This document shows, one piece after another, positions 10,381 through 19,673 of a stretch of 64,000 bases of DNA (positions within the stretch are counted from its first letter, which is position 1; every line of letters begins with the position of its first letter). This DNA comes from Entomortierella parvispora E1425. Its lineage: Eukaryota > Fungi > Mortierellomycota. Below the pieces are notes generated by a model that saw nothing but the letters and a program-made list of their open reading frames with translations, searched no databases and was not told the DNA's origin. The position numbers and the translations under genes were made by a program. Where the stretch lies: contig BQFW01000004.1 of assembly GCA_020891255.1 (NCBI GenBank), forward strand, positions 434,001 through 498,000, read 5' to 3'.

Positions 10381-12396
10381 TCACTTCTGACCTTTCTTTG
10401 AAGCAGACTTTCTGGGCTTTGGGGTATCATGGGTGCAACCGTTGCCTCGCTTTGGGCAGCCAGGAAAGCAAATAGAGTGATGTCTGCTTCGCAGGCCAGA
10501 ATTTTCAAACGTCAGACTGCAAATGTCAGAATGTAGACATTTCAGCCAATAGGCCATGGAGTGCTTGTTCTCATGTCGAACCAAAGCCTCTTTCGACTTG
10601 AAAATACCCGGGCAAGACGAGTCGCAGTTTTTCAAGCACCCCATGTCTTCACAGGTGTGCAGGAGCTTGCCCCGTCCCTTCCACTCGATCGATTGCTTGG
10701 GTTGATCTTTGCAGATTTTGACAAGGCAGGCAAATTTCAAAACATCGCCTTGGTGCTCTCTCTTGAAGTGAGTCGTGCAGTTGCTGGTCCGATTGTAGAT
10801 TTTTGGACACGGCACAAGAAAAGTGTCTTCATCTCCAAAAGAGGGGCACCAGCCATGGGAACACCCAATCATCTTTGCACCAAGTTTGCGCCACATGAAC
10901 GCATTCTTGTGTGTGGTCGTTTGTCCGAAAGGTTGATCGTCCAGCTCAAGACTCTCATCGTCAGTCTCATCCTCAGTGTCGGCGTCCGAATCGCGGTAAT
11001 CATTGGTTCCTCCATCGGTACGGCCTTCATCATCGTCAAATAGGTCATAGTTGATGTATATCGACTCGTCCACGAGTGGAGACAATGGCGGTGGATGAGA
11101 ACGGGGCCGTATGTTCGGGATGTGTTCTTCACGCGGTCTCTTTCCGAGCGCCGATTGGGAAACCAAAGTCCTTAAAACCGGAATCGGGTTCGAATGGCTC
11201 GATAGGAGAGGGGGGCGGATGGCACATGCTTCCCCAACAGATTGTTGTTGTTCTGCATCCTCCAGCAGCGGAAATGACTCAAAGGTGGAGTGAGAGTCCA
11301 TGCGAGGCGACAAAAGCTTTCCATTTCCACTATCATGGGACTCGGACCAGCTTGTGGCCTCAAGGTGACCAGTAACCGGATAGGAGGGCATCGGCAAAGC
11401 AGAGGATGCGTTGACTTTAGTCCCTTTCAAGAGCGCATGCTGGGAGTCGACAATAGCTGGTCCGAAGTGCTTTGCCACAGAAGGTGACTTTTCGCTCAAA
11501 AAATCCGAGCTTGGGGCAGAGGCTCCTGAGGGCTGTTGGGCCAACCTGACTTTAGACTGCTCAGACTCCACTTTAATGGAATAGAATGAGGCTGACGTAG
11601 GGACGGTTGTCATCGTCGGGAGGGTCACTTTCAAGCACACCTGTCGTCCAAGTGGGTCATCAGGATGGCTGATGTTTGTTGTGGCGGTTGATGGCATGCG
11701 TACTTTCAGACTCAGACCAGTATCTGGGGCCAGGTTAAAGGTGTAGACCGCTGGCGGGCAACTCGGAGGGAGGGAAGGGAGATCTATCCTCACCTGCTTG
11801 CGCGAGTCCTGCTTCTTAGGAAAAGAGCAATCCCCCAATGACCGAAGGGCAGGGTGACTCAGGTACGCAGAGTCTATGGAGAGTGTGATGCCCAAGCCCA
11901 AGTGGAGACAGTTATCAAACGAGATATTGACATGCTTGGGTGAGAGAGGTACGCATTGTAGCGTCTGTCTGGGGCGGTTGTGAGCGTGTTCGACAGGGGG
12001 GGCTTGAGTGGAGGGACCAACTTCGTGGGGATTGTAGTATCCTGGAGTAGGAAACCGAGGCAAATAGGTAGGGGTCGAGAGCAATACAGCCTCTTGAGGG
12101 TGAGGAAGGGCCGGATTGTAAGGAGCCGAGCTGTATCCCTGGTGTGGATACGTATGATGAGGAGTAGTGGACAGGTGGCTCTCAGGCTCGATTGCGTAGC
12201 GCGGGTCTGTAGAAAAGGGACACTTTTCATTGGAGGGCTGACTCGTGTTATCGCATGGAGAGAAACTGCTAGAGTTGTCAAGTCCTTGGTGAGCCGTTGA
12301 ATACTGGGCCGACTCTTCGGTGAGGAAAGCGACGTCTTGTGAGAAGGGGTACTTTGGGTCTCTTTGAGGGAAGGACCTACTGGGTTGGGTGTTCAT
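10381..12396 (-). CDS. C2H2 zinc-finger protein (ZF-3), single exon from ATG 12396 (MNTQPSRS...), three atypical fingers plus Cys cap
   Basis: PCPKIYNRTSNCTTHFKREH; SCPGIFKSKEALVRHENKH; KCLHSDICSLTFENSGLRSRHHSICFPGCPKRGNGCTH. The TTG-started extension of the track ORF (12558) is low-complexity UTR-like sequence. Confidence 0.85.
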   Translation of the reverse strand: MNTQPSRSFPQRDPKYPFSQDVAFLTEESAQYSTAHQGLDNSSSFSPCDNTSQPSNEKCPFSTDPRYAIEPESHLSTTPHHTYPHQGYSSAPYNPALPHPQEAVLLSTPTYLPRFPTPGYYNPHEVGPSTQAPPVEHAHNRPRQTLQCVPLSPKHVNISFDNCLHLGLGITLSIDSAYLSHPALRSLGDCSFPKKQDSRKQVRIDLPSLPPSCPPAVYTFNLAPDTGLSLKVRMPSTATTNISHPDDPLGRQVCLKVTLPTMTTVPTSASFYSIKVESEQSKVRLAQQPSGASAPSSDFLSEKSPSVAKHFGPAIVDSQHALLKGTKVNASSALPMPSYPVTGHLEATSWSESHDSGNGKLLSPRMDSHSTFESFPLLEDAEQQQSVGEACAIRPPLLSSHSNPIPVLRTLVSQSALGKRPREEHIPNIRPRSHPPPLSPLVDESIYINYDLFDDDEGRTDGGTNDYRDSDADTEDETDDESLELDDQPFGQTTTHKNAFMWRKLGAKMIGCSHGWCPSFGDEDTFLVPCPKIYNRTSNCTTHFKREHQGDVLKFACLVKICKDQPKQSIEWKGRGKLLHTCEDMGCLKNCDSSCPGIFKSKEALVRHENKHSMAYWLKCLHSDICSLTFENSGLRSRHHSICFPGCPKRGNGCTHDTPKPRKSASKKGQK

Positions 12397-13795
12397 AGTT
12401 GAAAGAGAGGGGAGAGGAGAGGGAGGAAGGGGGGGAAGCGTGGACGCAAGGCAAGGTAGCGAAGCAGAGCAGAGCAGACAGGGAGCGAGTAATAAGAAGG
12501 CAAAGAAGCAGCAGGGAATCAGGAGAGCAGATGTGTCAATAGTAGAGCAAAGAAGCAAAAAAAAAAAGAGCTGTTATATTTTTGACTTCACGTACCTTGA
12601 GCAATTGTGCCGTGAGGACAAGGCAGAGAGTCACATAGCTTTGGAAGGGTCACCCTGTCGACTGCAGGGAGCTACAATTGCAAGGCCTCTGAGATAGCTT
12701 TGGGACCAAAGTAGCAATTGCTCGCAGTAGTCCCAGACAGATGGATCCTCATTCCTCAATCCGAGGCGGATCTTGAGGAAAAAAATAAAATAAAATAAAA
12801 AAAAAGTCTGGTGCAAATTTGTGCGATCTATGGCACTGGGATGCTGCCAGAGTTCTTCATTCTCTCACCCGTTGCTTGTGTGCGCTGCCCGAGACCTCTC
12901 TTGCCTGGCTTCAGTGGTCTTCCTAACAAGAACCCCTTCACCACCTCGAGCTCTTTTCTGCCCTTCCTCCCCCCTTCCAGACCCAACAAGAAAGACTAAA
13001 TGGGCGTAATCGCAGTCATCGATTTGGCGAGGTCAGTTGTGTTTGCATCGGAATGGGTGAGAAATGCCAAGTTAATCCATCTTGACTATGCCGCCATGCA
13101 CAATGCACCCTGTCGTTTTTGTGCAAACGGTCGACTGCAGACATAGCAGATATACCATCGAATCTCGTTCGAAGAGTTTGCGGATGCTTTGCCGAGAGAT
13201 ACCAGGGAGGGGAAGAGGGGTAAGTAAGCGAGAAACAGAGACTGACAGGGCGAAGGAAGAGGGGGAAGATGCTTTTCAATTCAAATGGCAAAGCAGACAT
13301 TATTGCACATGCTGCATGCGTGCATGCATGCAAGCAAGCGTGCGTGCTCCCCAAAGTTTCACGTGACACCTCCAAGGTATATTGAAGATATTGTGCATAC
13401 CGCTTGATATTCGAGATTACATTGTCAGGCACCAAGCCTTGAGACACCATTCTTTCTAGTCCCTCCAGGTCCCGGCTCATTCTCGCCTCTTGGGTCCACT
13501 TCGTGCGTGTTATTTCTACCCATACCGTCTCTCCAGGGACTGAGTGCGGGGAGCGTTTTTCGCCTACGCCAAAAAGTTCTTCCGCATTTCCTCTCCACGA
13601 ACAGCACTTGCGTCCTGTAGTTTGGACGATCTGACACACCAACCCTTATCCTGAAAGTTAAACTCTACTCATAGATCCGAATCCACCTCTCCTTCTCGAG
13701 GCCTGGTCTGTGCAGTGCCCATTGCTTCACTAAGGTTTTACAGAAGGGCCGTTCGAATGCAGGTCCGATGCATGTTTGACCGCTTTTGTAACATT

Positions 13796-14671
13796 TCACG
13801 ATGGGCTCCACTGTGCCGCAGATTTGATCTGAGGCCCGGATAACGAAAGTGACGACGAAGGACATCCCTTGTGTCTTTTTTTCAAAGGAGCGCACTGTGC
13901 CTTCCTTTTTCCGTGAGCGACCGAGGCATACAGTTCGTTGGCTTCTTTCTCTTGTTTGATATTCGTACTCGGAGGACGGAAAATACTATCCCGAAGCATG
14001 GATCGGCGATCCCAATACCAGACGTTTCCTCTTTGCCACTGACTGGGAGGGCACCTGGGATGATCCTGAATAAAACGAAAGTCGCCAAATCCGTAAAGTC
14101 CAATGTGACAGAGCGAATGCGAGCGCTGACACAAAAAGAAAAAGTATCCGAAGCTGGGGTACACACGGAATCGGCCTTGAGGAATCGTTGCTTCCCATGC
14201 AAGGTCTTGGCTGGTCGACATCGAATGATTGATAAAAGAGGGGTGGGCGATGGACGATGAGGACGAGGACGGGGAAGAGCTGGAAGACGTTGAAGGGGCT
14301 TCAACTACCTTCAATCGGAGTGTTCTTGGCTGAAAAGAAACCTTGCCAGTCGAAGGAGTGAATGAGCACAGTCCCTGTGAAGTGAGTACTGTCCAAGAAT
14401 TGACGGAACCAAAAGGACGAGTAATGAGGTCTACGAGGCGGCCGTTTGCGGCAGGGACTTGGCTAGAAGAGCCGGCAACGGTACTGATGCAGTGGTCCAA
14501 GATAAAGTTCGAGCTCGGAATCTGAGGAGGGCTGGCGTAAGGGTCAAGGGCAGACTCGTCACTGAGGATCTGTGGGGGGGATACCACAGATGGGGCAGGA
14601 GGACTGTCAGCTGGAGCCACTGGAGCCACAGGAAGCTCAGGAAAAGCATCTGTGGGAGGTGAGGATGCCAT
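13796..14671 (-). CDS. Hypothetical Pro/Ser-rich protein, possibly a fragmented or decaying gene continuing in other frames or exons to ~12828
   Basis: Open frame 13796..14821. A TATA-like CATATAAAAA just upstream of 14821 favours a downstream ATG (14737 or 14671, MASSPPTD). Protein-like downstream fragments occur in other frames (13016..13642; minus strand 12828-13000). No recognisable domain. Confidence 0.4.
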   Translation of the reverse strand: MASSPPTDAFPELPVAPVAPADSPPAPSVVSPPQILSDESALDPYASPPQIPSSNFILDHCISTVAGSSSQVPAANGRLVDLITRPFGSVNSWTVLTSQGLCSFTPSTGKVSFQPRTLRLKVVEAPSTSSSSSPSSSSSSIAHPSFINHSMSTSQDLAWEATIPQGRFRVYPSFGYFFFLCQRSHSLCHIGLYGFGDFRFIQDHPRCPPSQWQRGNVWYWDRRSMLRDSIFRPPSTNIKQEKEANELYASVAHGKRKAQCAPLKKRHKGCPSSSLSLSGPQIKSAAQWSPS

Positions 14672-17330
14672 AGGGGAAAGGTAGAGGTTGGGCTGTCCAG
14701 GGCGTCTGGAAGCCAAGAGCGAGCGAGCGGCCATCATTTGCGGTGGAACGGATATGTGGACTGGTGAGGTTGGAAGAAGTCGGCTGAGTGACAAAGAGGT
14801 GAGTGCTTCGGTGTACTGCATCGAGGCTTTTTATATGTGCCCAAGAGGAAGGTGGCAACAACGGACCCGCAGCTCCGGATGGCCCGCGGTTGCTCTGTGG
14901 CGACAGTTTAATATCGGATCCGCAATGCGGCCAAGATGGCGAAGGCAAAGCTATGGACGCCGTCATCCTGCTTGCAGTGGCTTACCTCCTCGAATCTATT
15001 CAGCCGTAACCAGAGTATTCAATTTCAAAAGGGCGAGAAGGCAGCTCATCACTCGTCCCCTTTCTTGGATTTCACAGCTAGATCTGTTTTTTTCAAAAAA
15101 AAAAAAAAATAACTTGACTTTTGGACTCAACATGTCTTGAGGGGGACGTGATACAATTCAGAAAGAAAATGTGTGTCATAGAAGAGCACAACCACAGAGA
15201 AAACAGAGATTTAATGAGGTTGAACGAAAGAGAGAGAGAGAGAGAGTGAGATAGAGAGGGAGAGGATGGTTCATTGAGAAGTTTGGATGGGTGAATGGTC
15301 CCCCAAAAAAGGGTATTCAACCTCGAACTGTCCTATATGTACCCGGCTGCTAATTTCCTTTGCCAGTAAGTCGTAATGACTCAACTGTCCATGTCGAGAT
15401 CTTGTCCGCGCAGAGCTTGCCAGTCGTTTGACTCGATAGCCTTGAGGCTCGGAACCTTCCATTTCGGCTAGACCAGACGTGTCCCTGATCAAGGTTTGAG
15501 TGAAGGGGGGAAACTTGACTTCGTGTGAAAGAAAGGCACACGCAAGAGGGGTTGATGGTCGATGAACACGAATGACTTCTATTGTTCACACTGTGTTTGA
15601 CTCTACCTGCAATGGTCCGATGCATGAACGCCTCCACCCCTTGATTTTAGGCCTGGACCAAGATCGACAGTCCTCCCCTTCTTTGTCCAAAAGCCCATAC
15701 CAACCTTGAGCTACCTTCGTCACAGTCTAGCCTGAAATAGCGCTTGGTGGCCAGGGCGCGCGCGCTCTTTCCTTGACTGGAAAAGAAATGTCCACTGTTC
15801 TGGACCGATCCATGACATTCCTTTCGTTGATGATGCAGTTTTGATCTCTTTCCAGTGTTCTTCGTCATCGTTGTGGTCAAGGGCAGGCTCCTGCCTCAAT
15901 GAGCACAGATGACCTCATGTTGCTGGTGGTACAAAACACAAAGACCTCAAAAAGATGCGGCCAGGTCGCTGATTCCTCAACGGCGAGGATGCATCGATTG
16001 ACCACAATACAAAACCATAAAAAAAACTGTCCCTTTCTGGCCATTTTTCTCAATTCGCTCACAGGGGAGTCTGCTGCATCCCCGCTAAGGCCCATGAGTC
16101 AAGGGGGGTTCACAGGGAGGGTGAGTTTGTTGGTCAGTGCGCGCTCACAGCACGCGTCGTTCCCATTCGTTTAGCAACTGTTTGTTTTGTATCTTGTCCC
16201 CAACTTTGTTGGGATATGCTGAGAGATTGGGTTCTCGGCGTCAAATAACGGGGTTTCCCCTCCTTAACGACTATTCGGAAGGATAAGGGAAGAAGGAGTG
16301 AGAGGCCACCGTGGTGTAGGCCACAACCTCTTCCGCGCAAGAGGCACCTGATGGGATGAAGGAGGTATGGTGATCTGGGTGGGGGTTTATTGAGCACAGT
16401 GGCAAAATACCTCCGGCGAGCATCTTGACCTTATGGCCAGTATCGATCATCATGAGGGCACTGAAGGCTTTCAAATTCTCGGACAGCGTGATGGAGAAGC
16501 AAAAAAAAAGTCACACCAAAGGTCCAAGACGCACGCCATTCCAGCCGATTTCCATTCAGGAATGTCTTGTACGAGGATATGCTTCCCGTGCGAGGAGACA
16601 GGTTTTTGTTGTTTGTCGTTTGTCGTAGTCGCGTTGGCGGTGCTTTCAGTGACCATAACCTCATCGACCTCAGTTTTCGTTGGAATGTCATTCAATGTTT
16701 TTGATAAAGAAAGTGAATGAAAGAGAGGCGGAGAGGGTGGGAAAGTTGAGATTCACGAGTTGCGGATCTCTATCCAATCCCCCCCCCCCAAAAAAAAAGG
16801 AGAGCAAAGCAACACCCCTGCCGCCATCTTAGATCATTGCAGATCTTGCAGATCAGAGTCCCCTTTTCTCAAAGGCAATGAACGAAGTGAAGATCCAATC
16901 CCCCCCTTTTTCAAACAATGAACGTCGTGCAGAACAGATCACGGCTTCCCCCTTTTTCGAAACAATGAACGCTGTGCATATTGCACAGGACTGCAGGTCT
17001 CAGAGTCGCATACTTTCTAGGGGAAAAGACAGGGCTTGGACTAAAAGAAGTCTTTGCCAGCACAAGCGTAAAAAAAAAGAAGACTGACCACACTGCGGAT
17101 TGAATTAAATTCTTCATTCCAAACCTGTCCTAGATTCGAAAAGGTGAAAGACAACCCCTCCCCTCGACATCTCCAATCGTGCCGAGGTTGACGCGCTCCA
17201 TTGACCTGCAATCTTCCCAAACTACACACTCCAAAAACTAGCAAACTTTGTTCCAACATCCTGAACTTCATGGTATCCCCCCTCGTTGGTTGGATTTTTT
17301 TTTTTTTTTTTTTTTGGTACGGGATCTCAA

Positions 17331-18270
17331 GATCGATCGTTTTTGGACGAGTTGGGCGAAAAACAAGAACGCTTGATTTTATGACATGGATCGACGCTTC
17401 TCGGCGAGAAGAGCGCAACGTATTTGGTCCCAAGTGGATGGGATGACTTTTTACTAGTCAACATTTCTGTTCAAAGATGCATCGAGTCTACTACAGATTG
17501 GCGCTGGAGCAGGCAACGGGATGAAGCATCAGCGATCAGGAAGAATTTTCTTCCTTCAGTCGCACGTGTTGCGTTCGAGGGCGAGAGGAACGATCTATGA
17601 AGCATCGGTTTTTTGACGAGTTGGACGAAATCCATGAACCTCTGATTCTATGACATGAATCGATAATCCTTCGAAAGAGAATTGCAACGTACCAGGTCTT
17701 GCGAGCGGGGGATCATCTTTCACTAGTCAACATTGCTGTTCTAAGCTCCAGCTGCTCGGTCCTCAATGTCGACTAGCAAAAAATCGTCTTCTTCATCTGG
17801 GACTAAGTACGCTGTGGTCCTCTCGTCGAGAAGCATCGATTCATGTCATAGAATCAGAGGTTCATGGATTTCGTCCAACTCGTCAAAAAACCGATGCTCC
17901 ATAGATCCTTCCTCTGGCCCTCGAACGCAACATTTACGATTGGAAGAAGATTTTTCTTCCTGCTATCGCTGATGCTTCACCGACTTTGAACAGTAATGTC
18001 GACTAGTGAAAGATAGTCTCCTTGACCTGGGACCAAGTGGATTGTGTTCTCCTCGTCGAGGAGTATCGATCTATGTCGTAATATCAAAGATGTGTGTTTT
18101 TCGCCCAACTCGTCAAGAAACTGCCGATTCATAGATCCATCCACGGCCGGATCCTTCAGGGTCAGGTGATGTTATCCTCTTCAACAGCAAATGTCGATCA
18201 GTAAAAAGTCGTTTCCTTCATCTGGGACCAAGTGGATTGTGTTCTCCTTGTCGAGTCATAGACGCGTCTA
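17331..18270. repeat. Nested inverted repeat (foldback) of five diverged ~150-bp units: A1> (17331-17476), A2> (in arm 17522-17735), <A3 (in arm 17764-17979), <A4 (17984-18137), <A5 partial (18180-18270)
   Basis: 17602-17664 is the exact reverse complement of 17835-17897 (63 bp). The flanks align with mismatches across the inner arms. The outer units share GACGAGTTGG(G/A)CGAAA, TGGTCCCA and ACT(A/G)(G/A)TC(A/G)ACATT in opposite orientations. Confidence 0.92.
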
Positions 18271-18473
18271 TTGCACCTCCCCATGAGTTGTTCGCGTCAA
18301 AGACCAAGAAAAAGATAAATAAAAGTGCACAGTTTATTTGGACACCATCGAAAGGAGCACATTGAGTATTGGGGGTTCATGGCAAAGTTAACGTCCCGGA
18401 TGACGTCTTTCATCAGCCGCTTCTGTCTCTCTTCAGTAGAAGGGTATAAGGGGGTGTCTGGACCGAGACATTT

Positions 18474-19673
18474 CTAAAGCGACTTCTTCAAACTCGTCAC
18501 TTTAAGATGGTGCACATTGCAAAGTTGGCCATGTCTCATGGCCCTCATATCGCAGGTTTCGACGGGGCACCCCAGGAGCGGCATCAGTGTGTGGACTTCG
18601 CTAACATGACGGGCAAGCGACCATCGCTGAGTGTAGGGCTTTCTGCAAGCCGTTCCACCACAGGGGTCGCCCTGACATTCGGGAGTGCAGCGAGTACCAA
18701 ACGACCTGATCTCGACGTTGCTCTTTCTTGCACATATGATTTCAAGACACTCAAATTGTGGCGGATTGTGTTTCTGCGCCTCGTGTGTATTTCTATTGCT
18801 AGAGGTGGTGCTGCTCTTGGTGCAACCAGAAATCCTGCAGATAAACTCTTTCTTTGACTTTTCCCCTTCAGCTAGGAGAGGAGGATCGTCGGTAGCACCT
18901 ATGGTACTTGCGGTGATCAAGGCCTCTGGAGCGTCTGACCGTTTACAGGTGGGCTCATTTGAAGATGAGCGAGAGCTATGCATGGCTGCCCCTCTGTGGC
19001 CATTGCCAGGGTGGAGGGGGGCACGTTGAGGCAGACGGCGCTTACATCGGTTCTGAAGGAGTTCCTGTTCGCGTTGCACGTATAGGGCACGGAGACGACT
19101 CAAAAGGCGATCCAATAGGACCAGCTTCCCATTATTGAATCGGAAAGTGATCGCCTCTTTCAGTTCTGGATAAATCCAGATCGCTGTGCAAGTTCCGACT
19201 AAAGACCAGCAGTCAAAACTGGGGCGAGGGCCTGTGGTGGTCCCACAAATCTCACTGAATCGGTATTGGATCTGGTAATAGATGCCAAAATTTCCTATCG
19301 ACAGCAGGTCAGAAATGATCGATGGTGCGGTCTGACAGCTCATTCCACTCAGGGATAAAAGCAGATGGGCGATGTAACGGACGACAAGAGGTATCTTCAA
19401 GTGGGAAGATGGGGCGGTAACTTGGGTGACAGTGTGCTGCACAATGAGTTCGGCGGGGATATGAAGGGATTCAGCGACGGATGAGGAGTCTTCATTCGCA
19501 GGTACAGTGGACAAGGGAACATGAGGAGCCGACCAAAGAGCAGTGTCGAAGGGAACATCCAGATTGTTGGGAGGGTCTTGGGCCACGGCGGTGGCAACTT
19601 GATCATCCATAAAAACATCAAGCCCCAAGGCTCCCGGAGCGTGTCCTGAATTGCCCTGAATTTTTCGTGGCAT
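18474..19673 (-). CDS. C2H2 zinc-finger protein (ZF-4), single exon, 399 aa, with a central putative globular domain
   Basis: FICRISGCTKSSTTSSNRNTHEAQKH; FECLEIIC...GTACRKPYTQRWSLARHVSEVH; LGCPVETCDMRAMRHGQLCNVHH. AATAAA on the minus strand at 18338-18333. Confidence 0.85.
   Translation of the reverse strand: MPRKIQGNSGHAPGALGLDVFMDDQVATAVAQDPPNNLDVPFDTALWSAPHVPLSTVPANEDSSSVAESLHIPAELIVQHTVTQVTAPSSHLKIPLVVRYIAHLLLSLSGMSCQTAPSIISDLLSIGNFGIYYQIQYRFSEICGTTTGPRPSFDCWSLVGTCTAIWIYPELKEAITFRFNNGKLVLLDRLLSRLRALYVQREQELLQNRCKRRLPQRAPLHPGNGHRGAAMHSSRSSSNEPTCKRSDAPEALITASTIGATDDPPLLAEGEKSKKEFICRISGCTKSSTTSSNRNTHEAQKHNPPQFECLEIICARKSNVEIRSFGTRCTPECQGDPCGGTACRKPYTQRWSLARHVSEVHTLMPLLGCPVETCDMRAMRHGQLCNVHHLKVTSLKKSL

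Noticed and set aside
17331-18270. Repeat region as a CRISPR array
   Set aside because: Units are ~150 bp, diverged and in both orientations; no repeat-spacer periodicity, no cas genes, and the context is eukaryotic.
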